Shown in pieces: positions 35,274 to 43,742 of a DNA stretch of 49,437 nt. The stretch lies in contig VXPH01000185.1 of assembly GCA_009839615.1 (NCBI GenBank), positions 1-49,437 of the forward strand, given 5' to 3'. Both the position numbers and the translations under genes were made by a program. This DNA comes from Nitrospinota bacterium. GTDB lineage: Bacteria > UBA8248. The notes below the pieces were generated by a model, which saw only the letters and a list, made by a program, of their open reading frames with translations, did no database searches and was not told where the DNA came from. Each line of letters starts with the position of its first letter. Position 1 is the first letter of the stretch.

Positions 35274-36080
35274 TTAAGATCTCAAGAATTTCAATACGCG
35301 TTCGTTGAAAATACCGGGTTGCTCCCACTGGGCCATGTGCCCGGCGCCCGGAATGATTTCCAGTTCTGCATGGGGGGCGGCTTTTTGGCAAGCGCTCCGG
35401 CGTTCTTCGAGCGTGGGGTAGGCGATGACGTCGGCGTCTCCCCACAATATGAGCAGCGGCATGGAACACGCCGGAAGCAGATCGGGCAGGTAGGGCTCGC
35501 GGTTCATGGCGTAGATGTTCATCCTCGAGTTTTTGAGGTTCGCCCATGCCCGGGAGAGGTACGCCTCATCGGCGCACTCCGGATTCTTGAACATCAGCGC
35601 CTTTTGGTTGTGAACGAACACCGCGTGCTTCTCCTCCGGGCTCATCTCCCTGGTGGCGCGGCGCTCATCGCCGATCTTGACGTCGCCCGTGATCCCCAGG
35701 CCCCCCGGACCCAGCAGAACGAGTTTTTGGAATCGCGAGGCGTTTTCCTGGCAATACGTCGCGCTCATCGTCGCGCCGAACGAAAATGCCACGCACAGGC
35801 ATTTCTCGATTCCAAGCCCGTCGAGCAGCCGTCCGATGCCCTGCGTGACGGAGGCTGCCGTGTGCGGTTTCGGCGGCCGATAGCTTTCTCCGAAGGCGGG
35901 AAGATCGATCGCCAGGGTGCGGTAGTGTGCGGCGAAGAAAGCCTGGTTCTTGAGCCAGTGGTTCGCCGCCCCGAAGCCGCCGTGCACCAAGAGAAGGGGT
36001 TCTTTATCGCCGCCTCCCGCCTCGGTATAGGCGAGCGGGCCGTCGGGGGTTTGCAGTGCTTTGGATATGAGACGAGCCAA
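35274..36080 (-). CDS. Alpha/beta-fold hydrolase
   Basis: LVHGGFG, IDLPAFGES, nucleophile elbow AFSFGA, WGDAD, GAGHMAQWEQP. Confidence 0.88.
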   Translation of the reverse strand: MARLISKALQTPDGPLAYTEAGGGDKEPLLLVHGGFGAANHWLKNQAFFAAHYRTLAIDLPAFGESYRPPKPHTAASVTQGIGRLLDGLGIEKCLCVAFSFGATMSATYCQENASRFQKLVLLGPGGLGITGDVKIGDERRATREMSPEEKHAVFVHNQKALMFKNPECADEAYLSRAWANLKNSRMNIYAMNREPYLPDLLPACSMPLLILWGDADVIAYPTLEERRSACQKAAPHAELEIIPGAGHMAQWEQPGIFNERVLKFLRS

Positions 36081-36287
36081 TGAGGATCCTCTGATGATTG
36101 CGATTTGGTGGAGGCTATCACTTTTCGCCCGAAGCTGTGTAGTTGGTTCGGGGTTTTCGCCCGCCGGATTTTGTTTGCTCCGAATCCATGATATGGCGAT
36201 TCGTTCGTTTGTATATTATACGTCGAATTTCAGAAGGAGCCTGCGGACCTTGCGAGAGAGGAAGCGCGATTCTCAAGCGCTAGAGTT

Positions 36288-36449
36288 CTAGAGAGCGCCT
36301 TTGATGAGTTCGATGAACGTGTCGATGATTCCGTTGTCATAGAGCGTCCACGCCGTTACCAAGACGACGAGCAAGAGAACGCTCAGGAGCAGGTATTCGA
36401 GAAAGCCGTGCTTGACGGCGGCGGGTTTTTGGGGATTTCTTTTCGCCAT
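36288..36449 (-). CDS. Unannotated 53-aa Flp/Fap-pilin-like membrane peptide
   Basis: Translates to MAKRNPQKPAAVKHGFLEYLLLSVLLLVVLVTAWTLYDNGIIDTFIELIKGAL*: basic leader, EY, hydrophobic helix, amphipathic tail; S-rich third codon positions. Confidence 0.55.
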   Translation of the reverse strand: MAKRNPQKPAAVKHGFLEYLLLSVLLLVVLVTAWTLYDNGIIDTFIELIKGAL

Positions 36450-36636
36450 ACGGTGGTTTCCCGGCGCTTGGATGAAATGCTGGGCGGGCTGTTTGCTGGA
36501 TTATAGACGCAATTTCCCGCCTGTGAAACCTGATACGCACGTGAGGAAAGTTTGAATAGACAAGGGTGGGACATCCGTTTATGGTATACACATCACGAGC
36601 CGTCTCATCTTCGAATCGCGGAGTTTTATATCGCAC

Positions 36637-37215
36637 ATGGATTCTGCCAAACATAATTTCGGCGAAGTCAAAAAAATCAGAACCGAAGCGATCGGCGTCG
36701 CGGGAAAGAGGATTTTCCGCATCCTGATCGATTGTCCCACGAAGGCGGCCGCCACGCTCTGGCTGGAGAAGGAACAGGTCTACGGCCTTTCGATGGCAAT
36801 GAAAAAAATGGTGGAGGCGAAAGGGCAAGGGGAACGCTCGGACGAGGAACCGGATTTTCCCGACATTGCCGAGGTCGACTCCACCCCGGTGAGTTCTGAA
36901 GGGTTGCTCGAATTCAAGGTGAGCCGATTGGGGCTGGCGTATGGCCCGGGCAAGAGTTGCGTCACGGTCTTTTTCTACGATGAACGCGACGAAGTTGCCT
37001 CGGAGAGTGGTTCTTCCGAAACAGAGGAATACGAAGAAGAAACCGTCGGCCCCGCCGCGCTGCAGGTGAGTCTCGAACATGCGCAGTTGGATGACTTCAT
37101 CACCCAGAGCCTCGATGAATGCTCCTCCGGGCGGGGGACGGATGCACTCTCTCGTCATGCCATGGTGGCCACCGGCAAGGTCGACCCCAATACGAACGGG
37201 CATTTTCGTCACTAA
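36637..37215 (+). CDS. DUF3090-family conserved protein
   Basis: EAIGVAGKRIFRI, LWLEKEQV, EFKVSRLGLAY, C-terminal SSGR...DPNTNGH; sits directly before a SCO1664-family gene as is usual. Confidence 0.72.
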   Translation: MDSAKHNFGEVKKIRTEAIGVAGKRIFRILIDCPTKAAATLWLEKEQVYGLSMAMKKMVEAKGQGERSDEEPDFPDIAEVDSTPVSSEGLLEFKVSRLGLAYGPGKSCVTVFFYDERDEVASESGSSETEEYEEETVGPAALQVSLEHAQLDDFITQSLDECSSGRGTDALSRHAMVATGKVDPNTNGHFRH

Positions 37216-37247
37216 ATCGCCCTTATTCTACTCGACAGGAATATCTC

Positions 37248-38021
37248 GTGGCCCGGAAATTTTCTCCTCCTGAAGGCCCCGAAACGGTGGATGCGACCGA
37301 ATCGCAGGCCTATCGCTTCGAGCCGTCGGAAATCGAGAACCTTCTTCTAAACTCGGAGATTCTGGGCGGGGAGCTGGTACCGCAGGGCTCGAACTACACG
37401 TTTGCCGTAAGGATGGGCACGGAGGATTTCCAGTTCTGGGGGATATACAAGCCCGCGAGCGGGGAGCGCCCGCTGTGGGATTTTCCCTACGGAACGCTCC
37501 ATTTCCGGGAGCGGTGCTCTTTTCTGGTGAGCCATCATCTGGGGTGGCACCTCGTTCCTCCCACGGTGATTCGCGAAGGCCCGCACGGGGAGGGCTCCAT
37601 GCAGTTGTGCGTGCCCTATGACGGGAAATCGAACTATTTCACGCTCCGGGCGGAGGGCCGCCCGGAACTGGTGCTGCTCGCTGCGTTCGACATCATGGTG
37701 AACAACACGGACCGCAAGGGCGGCCATTGCTTCAAGTCCGAAGACGGCCGCGTCTGGGGAATCGACCACGGCCTTACGTTTCACGCCGAGCCCAAGCTGC
37801 GCACCGTCATCTGGGACTATGCGGGCGTTTCCCTGCCCGAGGCGCAGGTGAACGACGTCAAAAGACTGGAGGCCGGCCTGCGCGATAGCGATAGTTCTTT
37901 GAGGCGTGAGATGGACGAGCTCCTGGAACCCGAGGAAGTGGAAATTTTCCTCGACAGGGTGGTTCACTTCCGGAAGAACCCGTGCCTGCCGACGCCGGAG
38001 GAGTACCGGCGTCTGCACTGA
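37248..38021 (+). CDS. SCO1664-family PI3/4-kinase-like protein
   Basis: GSNYTF, IYKPASGERPLWDFP.GTL..RE, VPPTVIREGPHGEGSMQ, FDIMVNNTDRKGGH, GIDHGLTFH.EPKLRTVIW; AGGA RBS before GTG 37248. Confidence 0.85.
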   Translation: MARKFSPPEGPETVDATESQAYRFEPSEIENLLLNSEILGGELVPQGSNYTFAVRMGTEDFQFWGIYKPASGERPLWDFPYGTLHFRERCSFLVSHHLGWHLVPPTVIREGPHGEGSMQLCVPYDGKSNYFTLRAEGRPELVLLAAFDIMVNNTDRKGGHCFKSEDGRVWGIDHGLTFHAEPKLRTVIWDYAGVSLPEAQVNDVKRLEAGLRDSDSSLRREMDELLEPEEVEIFLDRVVHFRKNPCLPTPEEYRRLH

Positions 38022-38078
38022 CATTTCGAATAGTTTCGAAAACGCCCGGAAAGATGGTGAAACGCTGAGGTGTAGGCG

Positions 38079-39395
38079 ATGCGCGCCCATACGGGCCTGA
38101 CCGGGAATCGGCTGCTTTTCTTTCTGTTCTGCTTCGTTCTCTGCTCGACTCTCGTCGGGTGTCTGGAGACTTCGCGCGTGCGCAGGAGGGCGCCGCGCGA
38201 TGTGATGAACGAAAAGCGCTGGTTCGTTCACGACAACCCCGCTCATCCACAATCGAAGGTATTTCTGGCGGAACTCGATGAGTTCGATTTTGAAAGGGCG
38301 ACCCGAACGCACACGGCCCGCGCGTACAAGGAGTATCTAGAATATCATTTTACTGGCAAATACTTCCGCCGGGCGCGCTACTGGCGGGAACGCCTGCTGT
38401 ATCAGGAAGCGCTCGGATCGAAAGAGCCCGGCGCCCTCGAAGAGTTCCTGAAGCGCTTTCCCGAAGGCTGGTTCGAGACGCCTCCCGGCGTAGAAATTCA
38501 AAAGAGTGAATATGAAGTTTTGAGGGGAAAAGACGAGGTCGCATCCTACAGGGCCTTTATTGAAAAATACGAAAAGGCGCGGAGCGAATGGACCGAAGCG
38601 GCGACCCAGCGCCTTGAAAGACTCCTGCTCGATGCAGCGAAAGCCTCGGGCGATGTTCTCCGCCTCGAAAGGTTTGTCTTCGACAATCCCTTCAGCCCGT
38701 ATCTCGAAGAGGCGAAGGACGCTCTGCGCGCGGCGGGATTCGAGAGGGCGATGCGATCCGGGAAGGAGGCGGACTGGAAAGCCTTCATTCGCAGATTCGA
38801 AGGCTCGAAAGAGGCGGCCCTCATGCAGCAACACATGGAGGCGCGGGCGCTGGCAGGGGCCGAGCGCTCGGGCCGCGTTGCGGCGCTGGAGGAGTTTCTC
38901 GTGCGCTACCCCGGTTCGGCGCACAAAGAGCGAATCTTCTCCTCCATCAACAAGATGGCGCAGGAGAGGAATCAGCAGGTTCATCGTTGGGTGCGTGTCG
39001 AGAACGCCGAAGTCGAGGTATTCAGAAAGCTCAGGTGTAAATCCTGCAGGCCCTATCTGCGCGCCCAGGGCGCGCTGCTCAATACGGATCCCGATTTTTC
39101 CTTCGACGTGGGGCTGCAGGTCGAACTCATCCAGAGCGGGAAAAAATGCTGCCGCACCAGGTACTGGCTCAGGGGTTTGAGACCCGGGGAGAGTCGTCCG
39201 TTTTCATTCCCGATACGCGGGAAATCTCCCAAAAGAGGCAGTCCTGCTCCCCGGTACGAGATCGAAGTGATATCGGGCTCCGCGTATCGCAATCCACAGG
39301 AGGAGCGAATCATGGAAATCGAGGGTTTGGGCGGGAGAGGGAAGGGTCCCCAAAGCGATCGATTCGCGCCGGTACGAGTTCCCAATCTGAATTAG
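38079..39395 (+). CDS. Putative lipoprotein with short helical-hairpin repeats and a C-terminal FxLYD-like beta-sandwich
   Basis: LVGC lipobox-like motif; repeats AYKEYLEYHFTGKY, ALEEFLKRFPEGWF, SYRAFIEKY, LERFVFDNPFSPY, WKAFIRRFEGS, LEEFLVRYPGSAH; C-terminal GALLNT...LRPGESRPFSF. Confidence 0.6.
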   Translation: MRAHTGLTGNRLLFFLFCFVLCSTLVGCLETSRVRRRAPRDVMNEKRWFVHDNPAHPQSKVFLAELDEFDFERATRTHTARAYKEYLEYHFTGKYFRRARYWRERLLYQEALGSKEPGALEEFLKRFPEGWFETPPGVEIQKSEYEVLRGKDEVASYRAFIEKYEKARSEWTEAATQRLERLLLDAAKASGDVLRLERFVFDNPFSPYLEEAKDALRAAGFERAMRSGKEADWKAFIRRFEGSKEAALMQQHMEARALAGAERSGRVAALEEFLVRYPGSAHKERIFSSINKMAQERNQQVHRWVRVENAEVEVFRKLRCKSCRPYLRAQGALLNTDPDFSFDVGLQVELIQSGKKCCRTRYWLRGLRPGESRPFSFPIRGKSPKRGSPAPRYEIEVISGSAYRNPQEERIMEIEGLGGRGKGPQSDRFAPVRVPNLN

Positions 39396-39471
39396 AATCT
39401 TTTATATATCAGTGTGTTATGTAGCTTTATTGAAGTGATATAGAGATAATCATCCCGGTTCTCAGGGGATG

Positions 39472-40374
39472 TTAGCGATTCTTTCGTTTGAGTCTGCGCC
39501 GATTCACTTTCTTGATGTGTTTCGCGATGTAATTCACGAGAGCGGGGTTGCCGATAAGCAGGGATTGCCGCCATTTGCGCGCGGCGTCCAGGTCTTTGGG
39601 CGTGTTCTCCCCGGAGAAGAAGCTATCCAGTTCGCTCCACCTGTTCGTGCGGTCCCGCCGGGCGAGTGTGACGCCCCCCGCTTCTTTCACGATGATGGCC
39701 CCTGCCGCCACGTCCCAGATGCTGGGAACGCCGAAGAGCGTATAGTGCAGGCCGCCGCGCGCCACGAGAGCCTGCTCGTAGCACATCGAGCCCGTGGCGC
39801 GCACCTCACCCAGGTTTTTCTTGAGCGGCCCCGTGGGGCGAAATTGCGTCCAGTATGAGCCGGGGAGCGCAACGATGCGCTTTCCCGTGGGCTTGTCCTC
39901 TCCCGCCACCTCGATTCGGTGATCGTTGCGATACGCTCCGCCCCCCTCAAAAGCGTGGTAGATGGTGCCTTTCTCTTCCGGCGTGAAAATCGCGCCCGCA
40001 ATCGAGCGTCCGCGCTGCAGGACTCCCACGGAACACCCCCAGACGTGCAAACCGTTCAAAAAATTCTTCGTGCCGTCCAGAGGGTCCAAGACCCACAGAT
40101 ACTCGGGCACCACGCGCGCGCCCTGCGCTTTGGCCTCTTCTTCATCTTCGGGTTTTTCCTCGCCCAGGACGCCATGCCCCGGAAATTTCTCGTTTATCGC
40201 CTTAGTCAGAAACTCCTGGCTCGCACGGTCGGCTTCGCTCACCGGGTCGGTTTTGGCCTTGTTCTTGTAGTCGACCTCCACCTGTTTGCCGAAAAGCCCC
40301 ATCAGGATTTCTCCCGCTTCGCGGGCGAATTTGGAAGCGGCTTCGGCCAACTCGTGGGGAGTAGGGTCGTTCAT
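39472..40374 (-). CDS. Inositol monophosphatase-family phosphatase
   Basis: DPVSEADR, VLGEE, WVLDPLDGTKNF, RATGS, WDVAAG..IVKEAGG. Confidence 0.92.
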   Translation of the reverse strand: MNDPTPHELAEAASKFAREAGEILMGLFGKQVEVDYKNKAKTDPVSEADRASQEFLTKAINEKFPGHGVLGEEKPEDEEEAKAQGARVVPEYLWVLDPLDGTKNFLNGLHVWGCSVGVLQRGRSIAGAIFTPEEKGTIYHAFEGGGAYRNDHRIEVAGEDKPTGKRIVALPGSYWTQFRPTGPLKKNLGEVRATGSMCYEQALVARGGLHYTLFGVPSIWDVAAGAIIVKEAGGVTLARRDRTNRWSELDSFFSGENTPKDLDAARKWRQSLLIGNPALVNYIAKHIKKVNRRRLKRKNR

Positions 40375-41420
40375 TGTCCACGCTCCAGCGGGGGTAAATC
40401 GAGCCTTCGGGCGATTTCATCGAGTTCCGCCAGACGTTCGGGCGATAACTCGAAACCGTTTTTCCTGCGTTCCATCTCGCTTTGATGCTCGATCTCGCCG
40501 GGCATGAAAATCGTCTCCACATCCGCGGCTTTGGGCGTCGCCTTGATGATGGAGATGAAGGCGCCTGCGGCGGCCCGGAATTGCGACACCGGGAGCAGCG
40601 CCTCGACGTTGATAGCGGCGAAAACGCTGGTGACGCGGCTTTTCCCGTGAAACTCGTTGATGCCCACGATCTCGTGGCTGTGGCCTCCACCCGCGAGGGA
40701 ACCCAGAATGGCGTCGATCGCGATGGAAAGCCCGCTGCCCTTATATCCCGCAATCGGGGAGAGCAGGGAGCTTTCGAGAACCTGATGGGGGTCGGTGGTG
40801 GGTCTTCCCTCCTTGTCCAGTCCCCAGCCCTCGGGGATGAGTTCGCCCGCGCGCGCCGCTTCGATGATGTAGCCTCGCGCCACGACAGAAAGCGCCATGT
40901 CCAGCACCATGGGCGGGTCGCTCGGCAAGGCGACCGAGACGGGATTGTTGCCGATTTTGGGTTCCTTGCCTCCTGCCGGAGGCAGAACGCGCAGCGTATT
41001 GGTAGTTACCAGGCCCACCATGCCCGCTTCGGGTGCCATGGCCGCATACGTCGCGGCGGCGCCGAAATGGTTGCTCTCCTTGAGCAGGACGACGCCCACG
41101 TTGTGCTCTCTGGCGCGGGCGATGGCCTCTTCCATCGCGCGTTTGGATACCACCTGGCCCATGCCGTTGTCGCCGTCTGCGAGCGCGAGTGCGCCTGCAT
41201 CCTTGACGATGCGGAAATCAGGCGCCGGATTGGCCAGCTTGACCTCCAGACGCCTGGCGTAGTGCGGCATGCGGATCACGCCGTGGCTGGTGACGCCGCG
41301 CAACTCGGCCGTTACGAGCGTATCCGCCGTCCATGCGGCGTCCTCATCCGGCATGCCCAGCTTGGTGAATACCCGGTTCAAAAAAACGTGGAGTTTCTCG
41401 CCCGTCGTGTGTCCGCTCAT
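40371..41420 (-). CDS. Ldh_2 family (malate/L-lactate/sulfolactate/ureidoglycolate) dehydrogenase, copy 1
   Basis: AELRGVTSHG, DGDNGMGQ, SNHFG, GNNPV, DMALS, IPEGW.LD.EG.PTTDP, YKGSGL, MPGE. Confidence 0.92.
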   Translation of the reverse strand: MSGHTTGEKLHVFLNRVFTKLGMPDEDAAWTADTLVTAELRGVTSHGVIRMPHYARRLEVKLANPAPDFRIVKDAGALALADGDNGMGQVVSKRAMEEAIARAREHNVGVVLLKESNHFGAAATYAAMAPEAGMVGLVTTNTLRVLPPAGGKEPKIGNNPVSVALPSDPPMVLDMALSVVARGYIIEAARAGELIPEGWGLDKEGRPTTDPHQVLESSLLSPIAGYKGSGLSIAIDAILGSLAGGGHSHEIVGINEFHGKSRVTSVFAAINVEALLPVSQFRAAAGAFISIIKATPKAADVETIFMPGEIEHQSEMERRKNGFELSPERLAELDEIARRLDLPPLERGQ

Positions 41421-41993
41421 TCACTCCTCACGCGTGAACAGATAGGCCATCCCGTGCCGGACGTGCTCGCCCGAGTCGACTTCGCTCAGAAAATCAGCCC
41501 GCGAAACCGACCAGCGGTTCACCTCGTTCAATTCCCGCACGCTCCAGTCGTGCGCTTCCCAAAGTGCTTCGCTCCCGGCGTAGCCCGGCCCCTGCTGCAC
41601 CACCGCCAGATACCAGCGTAGGCGCTTCGCCTCCAATATCTGTCGTTCGGCGCCTGAATCATACGGCAACCAGCAGGAGAACGCGAAATCGGGCGCATGG
41701 GCGTTGAGCGCATCCCGCGCATCAAGGGTTTCTACTCCATCACGTCCGGCGGGATCGGTAAGTTTCAGGTTCACACCGCGCGCCTTAAGCGCTTTTCCGA
41801 TCGCCCCGTCGCCAGCCCCCACTTCCAGGAGCGTTTCGGGAGCAAGGGCCAGGATTTCCTCTGCCAGCGCATTCAGCCACTCGACCACGGGAAGCTGGTA
41901 GAGATTTTCCCTCTCGCAGTACACGAGCCAGCCGTCCCCCCGCTCCTCTTCGGCGAGCATCGCGATGGCCTCGGCGTAGGGAAGGGGATTCAT
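41421..41993 (-). CDS. Class I SAM-dependent methyltransferase-like protein
   Basis: Motif I LLEVGAGDG, acidic residue in LTD, FSCWLPY. Confidence 0.6.
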   Translation of the reverse strand: MNPLPYAEAIAMLAEEERGDGWLVYCERENLYQLPVVEWLNALAEEILALAPETLLEVGAGDGAIGKALKARGVNLKLTDPAGRDGVETLDARDALNAHAPDFAFSCWLPYDSGAERQILEAKRLRWYLAVVQQGPGYAGSEALWEAHDWSVRELNEVNRWSVSRADFLSEVDSGEHVRHGMAYLFTREE

Positions 41994-42037
41994 CTAAGGC
42001 CTCGGGCAATGAGCATCCGCATTGCCTGCCGCGTGAA

Positions 42038-42066
42038 ACAAACCCCCGGAGGGCATCCTCCGGGGG
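42038..42066 (-). terminator. Intrinsic terminator after the UxaA/SuyB-like gene
   Basis: CCCCCGGAGG-atgc-CCTCCGGGGG 10-bp perfect stem followed on the minus strand by TTTGT. Confidence 0.75.
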
Positions 42067-42081
42067 CCGGTGATGAACCTC

Positions 42082-43290
42082 CTAGACGCTGGGCCCATTC
42101 CTGTTGATGGCGAAGGCGTTGTCCTCGTGCAGAATCTCGGCCTTCGTCATCTTCCCGCTCGCGACGTCGATCACCTCGTCATAGACGCGCCGTCCCGCCA
42201 CCTCGATGGGCGCGCCCTCGAAGATGTCCGTCACGTCCACGTCCGTGGTATCGGCCTGCAGCTTCGCCGAGAGCGGGTTGCCCGTGATGCGGATGGTGCT
42301 CATCAGGGGGTGATTGATGGTATGGCCGCCGCCCGTGGAGAAGATGAGCACCTGCGATCCGCCCGCCGCGATTCCGGTGATGGACTCTCCCCCGTGGCCC
42401 GGGGTGTCCATCACGTGGAGGCCGCTTCTGCGGTTCGCGCGCTTCGCCCAGGGAATCACGTCCACGATGGGGGCGGAGCCCGCCTTCTGGATGGCGCCCA
42501 GGGATTTTTCCTCAATCGTGGTCAGGCCGCCCTCCATGTTGTCGCCTGTGGGCTGGCTGCCCCTCAGGTCGACGCCGCAGGCGAGGATGCGCTCTTCCAT
42601 CTCCTCCACTATCCTCCAGATGCGCTTGCCCAGGGCCGGCCTCACGCATTTGTCGGCCAGCACGCCTTCGCCGCCCATCATCTCGGTGGTTTCCGCCAGG
42701 AGCGCGCGTCCGCCCAGCTTGACGACCTGGTCCGTCACCCAGCCGGTGGCCTTGTTGTGCGAGAGGCCCGACGTGGTGTCCGACGTTCCGCAGTTGAGCC
42801 CCAGCAGGAGCTTGCTCACCGAGACTTCCTGGCGGCGCTCGTTCGTGAGTTCTCTCAGCATCTCCATGCCGATGCGCGTGGCCTTGGCGGTGGCGTCTAT
42901 CGCGCCGCCGTCCTCGCGGATGTTGATCGCCTCCACCCGTTTTCCCGTTTTGGCGATTTCATGAGCGATCTCGTCCGCCGTACAGCCTTCCTCGCGGTGG
43001 TGATCGATGACGATGACGGCGCCCGCGTTGGCGTTCTGTCCGTGACCGACGAGGGTCTCGAACGTGCGCTGGATGTCGGGGCCGATCTGGCAGCGGCCCA
43101 GCGGGTGGGTGAGGGCCACGCTATGCCGCAGCGTTCTGGCGACGCGCTCACACGTGGGGTTGGCGTAAAGGGTGCCGCTCAGCACGAGCAGGTAGTTTCT
43201 CGCACCCACGTCCCCGTTTTCTCTGGGGTATCCCCACCAGGTTTTTCTCAGACGTTTCGATCTCGTAGCGCTTCCGTTTCTTCCGGCCAT
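42082..43290 (-). CDS. UxaA/GarD-family dehydratase/lyase large subunit (SuyB-like)
   Basis: GYPRENGDVGARN, THPLG.C, GLNCGTSD..SG, ETTEMMGGE, QPTGDNMEGGLTTIEEKSLGA..KAG, MDTPG, FSTGGG. Confidence 0.88.
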   Translation of the reverse strand: MAGRNGSATRSKRLRKTWWGYPRENGDVGARNYLLVLSGTLYANPTCERVARTLRHSVALTHPLGRCQIGPDIQRTFETLVGHGQNANAGAVIVIDHHREEGCTADEIAHEIAKTGKRVEAINIREDGGAIDATAKATRIGMEMLRELTNERRQEVSVSKLLLGLNCGTSDTTSGLSHNKATGWVTDQVVKLGGRALLAETTEMMGGEGVLADKCVRPALGKRIWRIVEEMEERILACGVDLRGSQPTGDNMEGGLTTIEEKSLGAIQKAGSAPIVDVIPWAKRANRRSGLHVMDTPGHGGESITGIAAGGSQVLIFSTGGGHTINHPLMSTIRITGNPLSAKLQADTTDVDVTDIFEGAPIEVAGRRVYDEVIDVASGKMTKAEILHEDNAFAINRNGPSV

Positions 43291-43305
43291 GGTGGACCTC
43301 CTTCT

Positions 43306-43599
43306 CTACGCGAGGTCGCCGCGGCCGCGGGCGCTCTCTATGTTGTGTACGTGAATGTAGTCGCCCACCTTGATGTCCTTACTCGCCACACCGATGGACA
43401 GGCCGTATTTCATGCAGTGCTCGCCCTTTTTGAGGGGCTTGATGCAGATTTTGTGGATGTAGGGAATCGCTTGATTGGCCTTGAGCGTCTTGCCCATCTT
43501 TCCGTTGAGCATGAGGCGAACCGAGCCTCCCTTCGCCACCTTTTGGAGACAGGTGGCGACGTTGTCTCCTTCTTCGATGATCATCGCAGTTACCGGCAT
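43306..43599 (-). CDS. SAF-domain small subunit of a split UxaA-family enzyme (SuyA-like)
   Basis: DNVAT, IPYIHKICIKPLKKGE..MKYG.SIGVA..DI.VGDYIHVHN.ES.RGRGDL; GAAGGAG RBS. Confidence 0.88.
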   Translation of the reverse strand: MPVTAMIIEEGDNVATCLQKVAKGGSVRLMLNGKMGKTLKANQAIPYIHKICIKPLKKGEHCMKYGLSIGVASKDIKVGDYIHVHNIESARGRGDLA

Positions 43600-43742
43600 G
43601 TCTTCTCCTTCAAAAATTCAGGGCGCGAATACGCCTCGCACCCAGCCATATGATGGATATGTGAGGAACGTCCAATCAACGAGCCATAAAACTAGCGCAT
43701 GGGGGCCGACACTTCAACAAAGGCGGGGGGTTTTCATTACAC

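Noticed and set aside
39400-39427. dif/Xer recombination site
   Set aside because: TTATGT resembles the XerD arm, but the core spacing is 7 rather than 6 nt and there is no XerC arm; fits an IHF-like motif better
42070-43653. 527-aa plus-strand ORF
   Set aside because: Antisense shadow of the SAF/UxaA pair, which has strong family motifs and RBSs
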